The translations under genes and the position numbers were made by a program. From contig NW_005434546.1 in the NCBI RefSeq assembly GCF_000315625.1, positions 125,837 to 189,836 on the forward strand: 64,000 nt of DNA, in the 5' to 3' direction. The stretch's first letter is position 1; every line of letters starts with the position of its first letter. Positions 35,428-48,779 of the stretch are shown piece after piece. The notes beneath the pieces were generated by a model. The model saw only the letters and a program-made list of their open reading frames with translations. It was not told where the DNA came from and searched no databases. The DNA is from Guillardia theta CCMP2712 (Eukaryota; Protista; Cryptophyta).

Positions 35428-38182
35428 ATGGGAGATTCACACGAGGTGAATAATCTTCAGTGCTTTCAAGCCGAACATCCATGAAAATTAATGCAACAAA
35501 GCTTGATTGCTAATTGTCGTAGGGCCAACATCAAGCCTCACCGACTCCAGCAGCGCCTGTTCAGTCATTTCTGGTTCGCCTTTGCTTGTTCTCTTGTAAA
35601 CGTTTTGTGAGATGTATCTTCAGGACGACAAGGGAAAGAGCAGGTGAAAGATGAGAGATTTCTTGATGCAGAGAATCGTTCTAGATTTCTTGATGCAGAG
35701 AATCGTTCTAGATTTCTTCATGCAGAGAATCGTTCTAGATTTCTTCATGCAGAGAATCGTTCTAGATTTCTTCATGCAGAGAATCATTCTTGCCGTCCTC
35801 GAGATTGACGGAAGGATCAGGACAGACCTTCTTGCCGGGAGCAGCCAACCTGTGAAAGAACCGCCTCCTCCAGTGCGTGTTATTATAGTCGATGTGTGCT
35901 ACTCACACCTGTCCAAGCAGTCTTTCATATTTCCTGAAACAGCACCACGAGTATTTTCAAGTGTTTGTGTGATTTCAATGGTGATCATTTCTGTTGATCA
36001 GTCTTCATTCTCAAGTCCAATATCGCCTACGACATCTATCGAATCTGAGAAAAGCTGGAGAGTTTCGGGTGTACCGAATGGGGTTGCCAAAGACATTGAT
36101 GCTGAGGCCCTCCAATCTCAAGATGCAAAGCCCAGGTTCTTCTTGTTGCAATTATACATGCGTATCCCTGATATGACAAAAGGTATTCTACAACCATTAC
36201 CAGCTCCCCAACAGCAGGCGTTCAAGAAATGTATGAAAATAGAGTGAGCTGAACGATTGTTTTGCGTTGAAGCGCTTGACTGTCATTGTAGTATAAGCTG
36301 CTGTTAGATGATAACCGTTTCCTTCAAGACAGTCTGAAGAGAGAGCAGCAGGTGTGAAAAGGAAAGTTTTTTGTGTTTGACATTTAGAAGGCGCGAGAGG
36401 AGATTGCAAAGTTGATGAGGGAAGAATGTGGAGGTTTGAGCCATCAGATCAAGATGTGTATGGAGGAGAAACGGATCACTGAAAACAATCTTGCTGAAGC
36501 AAGATTGGAAATCGAAAGGTCAGCTTTCGATATGTTCTGCAGTTGTAGTGATTCGCGCCTCCACAGGCTGAAGGACTTCCAGCACACCCTCAAGGCAGAG
36601 GTTGATCTAAAGGATCAAAAGATTGGAGATTTGCTAGAGCGGATCAAAGAGCATGATGCAGCTCATAATCTGATCGAGGAGGAGAAGTCTATGGTTTGCT
36701 TTTTTGGTGGTTGCTTTGACAAGAGTTTTACTCGTACAAGTTCAACGCAGAACGTGATGAGCACAAAAAGAATCTCAAGGAGCTTCAGGACGAATTGATG
36801 GTTGAACGGAAAAAGTCTGATAGCTTCAGCTCAAAATGGATGGCTGAGAAGGAAATCAGTCATTCATTGTCCCTAAAGGTGACAATTAATCGCTTAATTC
36901 TAACTTATTCTGACGTCATGTGCAAAGATTGCGGAGTTACAAAGAGATCAATATTCTCATCAAGCTGAAATTCAAACGCTCAAACAGTCGTTGGTTGAAG
37001 TGAAGAACCAAGCTCGGGGAGACAAGTGCTCATAATGCACAATCGTTTATGTTTCACTGATTCCTGCTTTATTAGCTCAAGCTTTCGAGAAGACATTGAA
37101 CAAAAATTGGAGCAGCAAAGGGAGATAAGCACACGGTGAATGACAAACAAAATGCTATTCTGCCTCTCATAGAATTCAGACTACACAGTGAAATCCAGAG
37201 CCTGAGGAAGGAGAAGGAAGAATTGAAGGTAGAGGTCAATTTTCCTATGCACATTTGGTTTGAGCTATCTTTACGAATAGACCATGAACGAGAGGTTCAG
37301 AAGGCAAATCTCGCACGTGACTGAAGAATACAGTCAAAACGCGTCACGTGTCGACGAATTAGAGTCAAAGAATACTGACTTGAAGACGCGTAAATCAGAT
37401 TTTCTCCTCGGTCTCATTCTAATTCTTTTGATTCTCTTTGTTCCTTGTTCACAGAGCTGCGTACATTGGATGATCAACTGAAGAGAATCTCAAGCGAAAA
37501 ATCAAATTTGCAGGTGTACATTGCTGCATAATTTATGAGATTGATTTGGAACCAGGAGTTGGTGTCATCGCTGAAGAAATCCAACATGAATTTCAGCACA
37601 CACAATGAACAACTTCAGCAACGTGTCAAACAAATGAACGAGGAGCTCAGGATCAAACAGAATGAGTCCAGCTTTCTAATGCACAGCTCGAACGTATATG
37701 GACAGCAACAGGCGCAATCAGTCCAATCGTCGTATGGATATAACGTACAGCACGGCCGAGGATCGCAACCTTTGCCTCAGACGGTCGCTCCTCCCGGATA
37801 TCAAAACATGTCAAGCACGATGGATGGTGCTTCTCCCTCCCTCCATCCGTTTGCGCAGGCCCCAAGCATCAGAGGACGCCCACCGGTCAGCCAATCTCAG
37901 GCGCCTGATATGAGGTTTCACATCGGAAAAAGCTTCGATCATGTCTATCACCTCAGGTCAAACGCAGACGGAGGGGGTCCATTCCCTCCTATCAACTACC
38001 GGTACGGTCTGAGCCCAATAGTTCAAACCGCAGGTCCACCATCAAGACCACCAGCAGGGCAATTTGTGCAACAAGCGTACGTTGCTGCAGAGGCGCATCC
38101 ATCCTTCAAGCCGCTGCATGAGTTCACCCCAGATGACATCGCTGCGGTCGGGTATGACCCTCGATCAGTAATCGGGTGTTAG
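35428..38182 (+). CDS. Coiled-coil protein with Gln/Pro-rich C-terminus (multi-exon)
   Basis: Heptad-rich exons (LKAEVDLKDQKIGDLLERIKEHD; LHSEIQSLRKEKEELK) and final exon 37557-38182; regular ~50-nt introns. Confidence 0.6.
35656..35790 (+). repeat. 5 x 27-bp tandem repeat AGATTTCTT(G/C)ATGCAGAGAATC(G/A)TTCT
   Basis: Counted directly. Confidence 0.95.
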
Positions 38183-38190
38183 CATTATGT

Positions 38191-38260
38191 TTGTTGACTT
38201 GTTTGCGATCGATCGGGTGATTGGGTTGTTGACTTGTTTGCGATCGATCGGGTGATTGGG
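38191..38260 (+). repeat. 2 x 35-bp tandem duplication in the 3' flank
   Basis: TTGTTGACTTGTTTGCGATCGATCGGGTGATTGGG occurs twice. Confidence 0.9.
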
Positions 38261-38358
38261 CCTCAGTTTAAATTCCAACCAGAATTAAGTACGACCATCA
38301 GTACAGACACTTTGTTCCCTTATTTTCCCTTATTTTGCTTCTTTAGCTCCTTCGGTCC

Positions 38359-39836
38359 CTATTTCAATTTTATTAGTCTCACAAGATTGCGACAAGCAAA
38401 CCGAGACGCACCTTGAGAAGGTTTCAAGTAGTTTGGGTTCAAGTGAAGTGGAAGCGTTTTGATCAACAACACATAGAACAGATTGAAGGTCCACATGACA
38501 AGATTTGTAAGCGCCACAAGCTTGTCAGGAAGACCGAAGCTGGTTTCGCTTAGAATGATGTTGACACAAAGCTGAATTCAAAACCTGTCCTCAAGGTACT
38601 CGGAGAAAAAAACCGCCATGTACCAGTCGCGCAACGACAGCAAGCGATAGCTAGGAAAACAGGAAAGATGAGATCAGGGCAGGCAGAAATTTTCACTTCA
38701 CGTGTTGTAAGCGATGGGTGTGAGAAGTCGTACAGCAGTGGACCATTTCAATTTGACCATCAACGTCTCCATCAACACCTTAGAGTAGGAATGAGCATCA
38801 GGGTCGTCGCAGCAAGAATCTCTGCCTGCGCCATGATCAAGTAAAGATGAGAGCCTGCAGCCTGTTGCCCATCAGACGCTTGTCACGTGTGCATCAGGAA
38901 AGATCGAACCATGACATGATCCTTGTTGCCTGCCATGATTGGAAGTCAACGCCCACGCGTTCGAATCGAGGATCACCTTGAAAGATCAGGAGCCACGGCA
39001 AGGGGATGGAGATGACTGCCATAAATTTGGCATATGTCGAGACCCAACGCTCGGGAAGAAGCGGCTTTACAGCCTCCTCTTGCTTGTAAACTGATTCACT
39101 TCATGTCAGCAGCTCCGGCGACATGCCTGGTCAACCTTTGGCGTTGAGGAGCCACGAGAAGCCGAACCAGAAGACGACAAACACCTGCAGCTATCAGACC
39201 CTCGGCTCAGGCTCCAGCTGACTCCTCACAAAGTTTTGCGGCTTGATGGCCGTAAAGACATAGTCCAACGAGAGCATGCTCCCCACGTAAATGGCGACCA
39301 GCAGCCCCTGGGCAGCTCTTCTGGCTCGCTGGACTGACTTGAGGGCCTGGCTGCTTGCTCGTTTCTCTACATCTTTCTGCCATGATGTCAGGCATCGCGA
39401 GAGTCTCTGAGGAGCGTGAGAGCGGAGGGAGGCATGCCAAGACTGACCCCAGGCTCTTGCGCTGTTCCTCGACGAACAGGCTGAGCTCGACAAGCCCGGC
39501 GAGAGGAGAAGGGCGGATGGCAGGGGAGAGGGAGAGAGGTGGGGGGGGTGAGAGGGGAGGATCTGAGAGGCGGAAAGTGCGTGTAGAGGGGAGCCAGTGA
39601 GGATGAAGCGAAGCCAAGGGAGGCTGCCATTGCTCCTTCCCTGGTCGGATTGAAGTTGAGTAAAATCTTTGGGAGAATGGCGAAGACGCGGGATAGGCAG
39701 CACATGCCCAGGGAGGAGGAGGAGGAGGAAACAGCACATGCTCGGGAGAAGGGAAGAATCCCTGCTTGTCCCTAGGCATGCCTTGCGTTGCTAATGATTC
39801 GAGGGGAACGCGGTGGGAGGTATAGCATACAGGCAT
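38359..39836 (-). CDS. Conserved hypothetical multi-pass membrane protein (plant/algal type)
   Basis: Exons read HLYLIMAQ, VLMETLMVKLKWSTAVRLLTPIAYNT-YRLLSLRDW, LVALTNLVMWTFNLFYVLLIKTLP, resembling an uncharacterised plant membrane-protein family. Confidence 0.5.
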
Positions 39837-39843
39837 AGAGGAG

Positions 39844-42800
39844 ATGCGAGGCTTCGATAGTGCTCACAATCACAGGCTTCACGCCGCGAGCGTGAGAGAA
39901 ACTTTCCTCCCTATTTCCAATGCCAGAGTCGCCGATTACTGTCGACGCTCGGCAGCGGTGCCTTCCTCCCTCCCGGGCTGCAGGCCAGTCACAGGCCCTG
40001 GGTTCTCAGCCATGCAGGGAGGCATGGGCAGGCCCCACACGGAGGCAGCCAGGGAGGAGGTGTAGCTTTGCTTGAGCAGGTGCCTCTCTTCTGATCGAGT
40101 CTGGCAGGTCATGCGCTCGTTTGTTAGCGCCACCAAGCTGCCCTACGGCAGCAAACAAGTCAGAGAGATGTTCCTGTCGCTTATCGCACTGTCCAAACGA
40201 GGGAAAGCTCGGATGACAGTCGATGACTTCCGAAGCTTCTTCAAAAAATATGTAGACAAGAACGATGCTCTGCTGGTATGCCATGTGATGCCTACACGTC
40301 TTGTCTCACTCGAGTCTGAACCTCTACGAACCTTACTTGTACGCCTCTCACTGATTGACAGGACTTGGTATGGATGCAACTGCTTGCTGATCAACCAGGT
40401 CAAGAAACGATTAGCACTGTACGGCTTGCTCACGAGATTCAAAACGTTTGCGACCTCCTTCTTAGTGGCAGAGTCAGCTGATATAGTGGTGGACCAGATG
40501 TTTCTCTTCCGCGTTGAGCATGTCGGCAGTGGTGCGGGTGGCTACGAACCCAAGAGGGTGATGAAGGAGTACTCGAGCAACAGGTCTCGACGTCAACTCA
40601 AAGACGCGTGGCTACACGTCAGAGGAGGGAGGGTTGATATATTACCTCCAGGTCACTCTTACAACTTCGCTTCCTTGTTCTCTTTTGATTTTTCGAGCAG
40701 AGTTTGCCAAAACAGAAACTGATCGCCAGGATGAAACGCAAAACGAAGAGAAGGAGATCCAAAACGAGGCAGATGAAAGAGAGGTAGCCGGGGAAGGGGA
40801 TGAGAATATCACCCGGACAGCCGAGGGCTCTCAAAACCTTCAAGATGAAGAAATGGAAGGAGACAGGAGCAGGACAAATCTGGCAACGCATTCCCTCTCC
40901 AGCAGAATCCTGAAGATGTCTGCGCTGGAAGAGCAGATGTCGCAGCTTGAGCTACAGGTTTGCATCAGATCTATGCATGTTAATCGACTGAAATACGTGC
41001 TTATCCTCATCTCATTCAATGCTCTATCTACTTGTTTCTCTTTTCGCCCTTCGCTCTTGCATTTCAGATTGCTGAGGCAGCCAACTCAATCAAACCAGGG
41101 AGGTTTGCCGACATCGGGCTGACGGTGGATACCATCATAGACGGGGCAGTCGATGTAGAACAAGTCTGGACAGCAAGCAGACTCTCTCTCTCGCACGCAC
41201 ACCCACCAGCCATGAGGAAAACCAAGACGCCAGAGCCGCGGGTGCAAGAGGAGGTGAGCGGGTCATTTGCACGAACCTCGAGCCTCCGCAGAAGCAACAA
41301 TGAGAGTAGAACGCTGGAGCTCATTGAGGAACAATCTGAGGTCTACGAGCATGACTCCTTCAGAAGGTGCTCCGGCCACCTTCGTGCTGATGGGTGACCA
41401 CAGTTTGCAGGAAGAGTCGCTTTCTTGGCGATGGCGAACATGAGTTCGATGATGCGGCATTGTCTCCGAAGCAAGACATGACTGCTGAGATCTTGGAAAC
41501 CTTGAAGATGTCGAACGAAATGTGCGAAAGAACAATTCATGACATCTGTGAGTTCTCACTTCACCCAACGGTCACTGACAGATCGAGTGTCAGGTACGTG
41601 GAGCAAAGAGTGGCTGGAAGAAATGTTAGAGACATTTCGGAGCTGTGTAGACGAAGATGGTGACCTTTCAGGTGCAGTCGAAGCTGGTAAAAGACGTTGC
41701 AAACGGTTTCCTTTTGTTTTGACAATCAGGACTAGCACTCAAGGACGTCGAAAGCTGGACAGAACAAGTCGTCAACGACGAGATGACAATAGTGCAAACT
41801 CTCTTTCCCAACCTTGAAGTTCGCTTTCAGCACATCTTTCTCTTGTTGAGCACATTGATTTTTGATTGCTGAATGACCAGTCAACAGATATCGCAATGTG
41901 TTATTGACACGGACAAATGCTATGGCGTTGGACATGTCCAAGAACATTGATGCGCCAGCTCTGTCGTCCTTCCTGCAGGTCCCATTCCATCACTGAACAC
42001 ACGAGCGATTACTGACTTGATCGCGATCACATTCAACTGATTGGTTGGTTTTTACTTCAACTTTCTACTCTTGGTCTCTGTCTGTAAACTACTTTCTACT
42101 TTTCACGAATCAGTCAATGCTGATATATATCCTTCGAAGTCCTACTGTTGTTGATATGATAGAGTCAACTGACAACTCCACTACTGTCAAGAAGCTCGAG
42201 GTCGCGTTTATCGACACCATTTTGACTTGCATGCTGGGGGAGAGCAGGGTTGAGCAACAAAATGCAGTGTCAATGATCAGCCCATACCATTCGATGGAGG
42301 TAACAGGCCCCTATCGAACGAATCTCTACAGCCAGCATAAGATTTCGCAATCGAAGAAACAAATCCAACAACGTGATCTTCGTGTTGCCTGTGTTTCCCT
42401 GGGCGTCAGTTGACAGTCCTGCAGATCAACAAAGCCCTCGATCTTTCGCTGACTTTTACTTTGTCGGAGGGAAGAAGATATTTGTTTATCCTCCTCGTAA
42501 GGCAGGTGAGAGTCAGTGTCGAGAGGTTCACTAGCCTGTGATGGCTTCTGATCAGCAAGTGGGATCGAATCTCGCAGCGACCAGAATGACCGACAAATCG
42601 ATGACCTGGTGATGAGATTGATCCTTACAAGTACACTGAAAAATCACAGAAACTCGAGCTTCTTGTCTCAAATGGATTTCGAGCTCACGACACAAGAAAT
42701 GCCATCACATTCAACGCTCAAGGACATCTGATTTGCTTTGCTGGCAAGGTGAGGAAACTGAGTGATTTGTTTGCCGTGTTGCATTTGCCTTGCATCAGGA

Positions 42801-45800
42801 CTGATAACGTGAATGAATTTGCGCAGCTTTGTGTAGTTCACAGTGGGGTAGACAATCTTGATGCTGAAAGCTCGACGCCAAGCCTCGAGGAGGAGGGCAG
42901 AAAGCAGAAGTTTTATCGCGGACATGACGCTGCAGTAACGTAACGAATCCTTATGTGTTCGAAATGTCTGAGAGGTCAGCAGCTGCTTGACAGTCTACAA
43001 AAACGACAGCTCGTCGTCGAATATGAACGGTTGGCTCACAGCTTCCGGTATGCACGAGTTTGTGAAAGTCGTTTGCTGAGTCAGAGCAGGGCAAGAAACC
43101 GCTTATTCCCAGAGGAGAGACGCGTATAGGATGACTAGAGATGGAGCAAAGGGCACTAAGAAGGAGGAAGAGATGACCAGACGTTGTAAGCATGCCTACG
43201 TGTGCTTATGGAGCAGCCAGACCATGGAGGAATTGGGAAGGATAGGATACGAAGAGGAGAGATTTTACGGGTCCATCCTTTCCCTCTCATTTTCCCCCGA
43301 TGGGAAGCGACTGGCGTGTGTGACGGCAGACGCTCGTCACACTTTGACTGTCTGGGATTGGCAGCGACAAGAGAAACTTGTCGAGGAGGCTGCGAGCCAG
43401 CAGGAGGTGCTGGGAGTGTCTTATTGCTCCCTCCCACTCCCTAACAACATTGAGATCCTCGCGACCTTCGGCAAGCGACACGTTCGAGTTTGGAAACTCC
43501 GCGGGCTGGAGCTGAGCTCGATGGGGAGGACAGAGATGATGCATCGTGATGATGCGAAGCCTCGGCTGGCGATCTGGGATGTGACAAAGAAGCCTCCTTC
43601 CTTTAACAAGCCGAGCAATATAAGTAGAAGAGGGGGATGGGGATGGGGATAGGGATGGGGAGACAAGAAGATTGATATAACTTACGGGCTGGCAGGCATG
43701 GAGCAAGCAGCTTCTGAAAGCTACCTCAAGACCTTGTAAGCAGAGTTACCTTCCTGCGCTGAGGTGACCGAGAGGACACAGGTGGGCGTCAAAGCGTCCT
43801 GGTTTCATGGCAGGAGAGGGCAAGTCAGTCTTGATTCCTGCCCAACAGACCAGCAACCGCTGGTCAGGTCTGATCGTCATTGAAATGTACCAAGCTGAAA
43901 TGAGAGGACAGGAAAGTCGTACGCAGCTCACTTGCCAGATGCAGCTGCCATTGCAGACGGGGATAAAAGTTATCGCATAATGCAAGCGAACATGGTGAAG
44001 GAAATTGATGATTTGAAATCAGCTGATGGAGAGGAGGAAGGTTGAAGATCCAGGCGAGAAGAACGTGGGGTGGGAGGCCAATGTATTGCTTCAAGTCATC
44101 CAATCGGTATCTTCTTCTCTTCGCACCTGTTTCTCTTGCTTGTTTGATTATTCTGCCTAGCGACCCGACTTTGACCCACGAGCCACCACCAAGAGAGACC
44201 TGCGGTTTCAGGAAAAGTTGATCAAGGTGAGGAAGGTAGCTGGAGATTACTAGATTGACTTGCGGCCTAGTGTCTGCCCTCTCAGCCGAGCATTCATGGT
44301 AGGATGGCAGTCTTTGAAATGCCCGGCACGGAAGAGGGGGTATTTCCTTCCTTTCCCTCCTCTTGCTGTCCTGACGCCCTCAAAGAGCTCCAGGCAGGAC
44401 GCGTATCAGAGCATAAAGCAGGTCGCTCCACTGACACTTCAAGAGGAACGCGCCTTTGCGATGCTGGAGGAGAAAGGCTGGAAGAGACCGTTCCTCGCAA
44501 GACAAACGGAAAACCCCAGAGTCACATCGAGTGAGAAGATCGCACTGAAAGGGACCCTACGAGGATCCCAACCTGGCTGCAAGAGGATTGCAACCCCAAA
44601 CCATATTCTGTGTGTAGGGTGAGATATGATGAAGTCGAGGTGATAGTCTGACGTGATGAAGGTTTTGCCTTCCAAGACAAGATTACAGCGACAAGAGCAA
44701 ACAACCTGAAACTGATATCATTTTATTGTGCGGAGGGTCAGATGGAAGGGTATACCGGTTCCAAGTTACGACGGATAGGAAGGAACCGAACCTGTTTGAC
44801 CAGAAGGTTTCTCATGTTTGGAGTGATGGCACCGAAGCTCCCAAGATAAATCTTCTCGAGGTTCATCTGGTTGGTTTTATCATTGGTCAGCGTTTTTCAA
44901 GGTGTCTTCGTGCCACTCAGGCCCTGTAAACGCGATTTTCACGTTCAAAGATGGGACTTTCTTCACCGGTTTCCTCTTCCTCTCTCTTACCATTCTCAAT
45001 GTGTGCAGGAGGACAAGATGCAATGCTGAAACTGTGGAACTCGAATATGAAGGTGGGGGCGGCGAACATGCATCTGCCTCTTCTCATTGTGTTGCAGCCT
45101 TTCTATTCCATGGAGATCGACGGGTGTATAGCCGAGTGGAGGTTGTCGAATGCCGTCCGCCATTTGGATGTGTTTCGCTACGAGTCCACCAAGGTGAGAG
45201 ACAGGACAGGAGTCGCTTCAGTGACCAGACTGCCATCAGCAAGGGATTCGCCTGGATCGCGCGATAGTCGCGGTGGGGACTGACAACAGTGAGATTCATA
45301 GGTGAGAAGATGGAGAGAACGTGTCAGTTTGTGTGAATCACAGCCCAACCTTGGTCAGGTTCCCTGTGGAGCCGACAAGATTTCGTGAGATGGAGAAAGA
45401 GTGGTCGCCTCTTGACCCCTTCTCTGTTGTCTGGGCATGGAGGGATCCTATCCAGGTGAATCAGTTTCGTTCTGAGCATCTTCTCAAGGGTCGGTAGGAT
45501 CATTTTGTCGGTTTGTCCATATCATATACCAGATTGCTTGCTGCTCCAAGTGGCGTCGGCGGTTGGAAGGGAAGCATCCTGACAAGCTTAGTGGCTCACC
45601 CGACAAAAGACGGATACGCGGCAATGTGCACGATGAGATCAGATGCCTCTGCCCCATCATGCTTGCAGATTTACAACGACTTTCTAGACCCACTTCCACA
45701 CAGAGTGAGTTAGACCTTGACCCATTACGATAGTTGCATCTGCTGGGCGTTCATTTCTTTCTGTCAGGTCAACTTTGAGGAAGCTTCTTTCAGTGTCGAC

Positions 45801-47077
45801 TACAACCCGGATGGGTCACTGCTGGCGGTGGGGTCAAGAAATGGAACCGTGAGACAATCGTGACAACCTAGTTCGTGATTTCTCAACTTCCTTGCTCTAG
45901 GTCACATTCGTTTCTCACTCCACTGCCACAAAGGTACCCTCAGCTCCTTCTTCATGTTCTGATCTGCAACTAGCTGCACACTGTCGAAGTCTCGACCCAT
46001 GCCATTCGCCAGATTCGCTTTGGCCCGTGTGGCAGGAAGCTTGTTGCTGTTTCTGACGATCGTAAAGGTGAGGCGGAGATTGTGAGATCTGAAACAAGAG
46101 AATACAGCAAAGACTACATCTGACCATGACCTCTTAGTTCACGTATTGGTCTACTCGGGGGAGGGTGAACGAGAGAATAAGTTCACCGATGATTCTGTTC
46201 TGCTTGCTCAAAAGACACGTTGGTACTTGATACTTTCTGCCGTTTCTTTACTCGCTGTAGGTTTTGTTTCAAGTGGCGAAGGACATGCGTGCAAAATCTC
46301 TGGTTTGGATTGGTCGGTTGACGGGCTGTACCTGCGATCATCAGGTGCGGAAGAAGACGTTTGCTTGCTCTGACAGTTCAGGAAGGATCATTCCATGAGC
46401 TGTTGTACTGGGTTGTTGATGAGGATGGGATCATAGTGCAGATAGGGAAGCAGGGACTGCGGGTAAGCCTCTCTTTTCCCTTGTCGGGCCTTCGACATCT
46501 TTGTAGGTGAGCGACCTGCGGAACATCACGTGGCGGTCCACGACATGCCTCGTGGGATGGGAAGTTCAGGCAGTGTGGAATAATGATCTTCAAGGCAAGA
46601 AATATGCAGGACCGGAGATAACAAGCCTAGCATCGAACCACTTCACAGCTGATGTACTATTCCACATCTCACGCTTTTCATCCACCAATTCTACTTCATA
46701 TATCTCCATACTCCTACTCTTCTTTGACTGATCTGTAGTTTCCACACTTTCTTGCTTTCTGCGATGAGGAGGGAACATTGGGTCTATTGAGATATCCTGC
46801 AACCTCCAATGTACGTGAGTCTCTCCCCGAACACGAGATGACAGCTCGAGCAGGTACACAAGCAGACCTACAGGGGCCATGCAGGACCGGTTGCTGCCAC
46901 TGCTGTAGGTCATGGTGGAAACATTTTGATAACGGCTGGAAGGTAAATGTATCAAGGAGCGATGTTTATCTGATTTATGTCAGGCATGATTGCTGCATTC
47001 TTGTATGGAGACTTCAAGTTAAGGAAGAAAGGACGCCAACGAGAAGCTCAACAGCTCAGCATGTGCTGGACTCATAA
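39844..47077 (+). CDS. EML/EMAP-like microtubule-associated WD40 protein with long N-terminal region (possible EF-hand-like segments); may be two genes
   Basis: QKFYRGHD, LSFSPDGKRLACVTADARHTLTVWDW, ILATFGKRHVRVW, CHSGPVNAI...GGQDAMLKLW, GHACKISGLDWSVDGLYLRS, WRSTTCLVGWEVQAVW, LLRYPA, YRGHAGPV, DCCILVWR are EML TAPE-domain hallmarks (mainly 42900-47040). Confidence 0.8.
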
Positions 47078-48271
47078 CGCAGCTCTCATCTTCTGCTTTG
47101 GCTTGAGTTGGTACCCTTGCTGCTCCAGAGCATCTCGGAGCGCGGCCAGGATCGTCAAGACAATGTCACTGCGAGCGTTCACGCCCATCAGACCAACTCG
47201 GAAACACTTTCCTGCGAGCTCTCCGAGCCCGTTTCCGATTTCAATCTGATACTTTGAGAGGATGTAGCTGGTGACCTGCTTTGGGTCAACGCCCGCTGGT
47301 ACTTTAATGGTTGTCAGTGTTGGCAACCGGTGCTTGTGGTCAACCAGGAGCTCCAAGCCCATCGCCTCCAGTTCCTTCCAGAAACCTTCTGCTACCTGCT
47401 GGTGGCGTCTCCAACGACTCTCTAGTCCTTCTTCCCTTACGATCTCAAGGGCTTCACGAAGAGCATAACACATGGAGATTGGAGCCGTGTGATGATAGGA
47501 GCGAGCTCCTCCTCCTCCCTCTGTGAGGTAAGCTGCGATCATTCGCATGTCGAGGTACCAGTTTGCCACTGCGGTCTTTCTGCTCATGAGCTTCTGCATT
47601 GCTCGCTTGTTGAAACTTAATGGAGCAACTCCTGGAGGACAGCTCAAGGCTTTCTGTGTGCCCGCATACGCAGCATCGATTCCCCATTTGTCAAGGAAGA
47701 GAGGAACGCCACTGATGGATGTCACGCAGTCTGCAATGAGCAAACAATTGTGCTTCCTGCATAGTTCGCCAATTCCTTCGAAAGGTTGACAAGCTCCAGT
47801 GGACGTCTCAGCATGAATCAAAGCGAGAACAGCCGGCTTGTGCTTCTCAACTGCAGCCTTCACTTCCTCATAGCTAAAGACCTCTCCCCATGGCTTTACC
47901 ATTGCCTGCGTGACCGCACCATATCGTTTGCCCATCTCTACCAAGCGATAGCCAAAGTATCCATTGCAGCCCACAAGAAAAACGTCGCCAGGCTCAATGA
48001 GGTTGCAGACACAAGCCTCCATCGCAGCTGATCCTGTTCCGGATACTGGAATCGTGAAGTCGTTTGTCGTCTGGAAGGAATAACGGAGGAGGCTTTTGAT
48101 GTCTTCCATGAGCTCGAGGAAGTAGGGGTCGAGGTGTCCCACCTGTGGCAGACTCATCGCTGACAGCACTCGTGGATGCGCATTTCCTGGACCGGGACCG
48201 CAAAGCAGACGGAGCGGCGGATTGAATTTCTTGACCGCTGGAGCATGAATTTCCTCATTTGTGGAACTCAT
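47072..48271 (-). CDS. AGXT: Alanine-glyoxylate / serine-pyruvate aminotransferase (class V PLP), intronless
   Basis: LLCGPGPGN, SGTGSAAMEA, HAETSTG, DCVTSISG, GTQKALSCPPG (PLP Lys), YHHTAP, RLPTLT, FRVGLMG. First ATG 48271. Confidence 0.95.
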   Translation of the reverse strand: MSSTNEEIHAPAVKKFNPPLRLLCGPGPGNAHPRVLSAMSLPQVGHLDPYFLELMEDIKSLLRYSFQTTNDFTIPVSGTGSAAMEACVCNLIEPGDVFLVGCNGYFGYRLVEMGKRYGAVTQAMVKPWGEVFSYEEVKAAVEKHKPAVLALIHAETSTGACQPFEGIGELCRKHNCLLIADCVTSISGVPLFLDKWGIDAAYAGTQKALSCPPGVAPLSFNKRAMQKLMSRKTAVANWYLDMRMIAAYLTEGGGGARSYHHTAPISMCYALREALEIVREEGLESRWRRHQQVAEGFWKELEAMGLELLVDHKHRLPTLTTIKVPAGVDPKQVTSYILSKYQIEIGNGLGELAGKCFRVGLMGVNARSDIVLTILAALRDALEQQGYQLKPKQKMRAAL

Positions 48272-48779
48272 TGGTTCTCGTACAATCTGGGAATATGTGT
48301 TAGTCTGCAAGAATTGTTTGCCAAATGTGACATTGACCAGCAAAATGTATCATGTCTGCCGCGCACTTGAAACATCAAGACAACGATTCAAATAACAAGT
48401 CTTGATAGCATGAATGATGAAAAGTACACATACAGTGCATAGTAATCAAATCAGTTTTTCGCATAAGTGCGCATGATTGGAATGGGCAAGACAACCCCTC
48501 GAGTATTCATGAGTGACAGCAGTGCTGTCAAGAAGGCGGAACAAGAGAACGGGTTTGACCAAACAGAAGTACAATCACAAGATTTCGCGTTCAAGAATGA
48601 CGAGAAACAGTCATCTGGGTCTTCATCGAGCAGTAGATGAGATAACTCCCAGCGAAACATTGAAAGATAGCAGGCCGGCAAGCATGTGTAAGCAGGAGCG
48701 CACGGGAGGTCCAAGTACGTAGGGGAAGGATTGGGGGTTCGCTTTTTGTCGAATCATTAAAAGGACCCCTGTGTTCCTA

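Noticed and set aside
40605-40632. Additional HVRGG linker motif
   Set aside because: It falls at a likely GT donor (CAC|GTCAGA) and is probably intronic.
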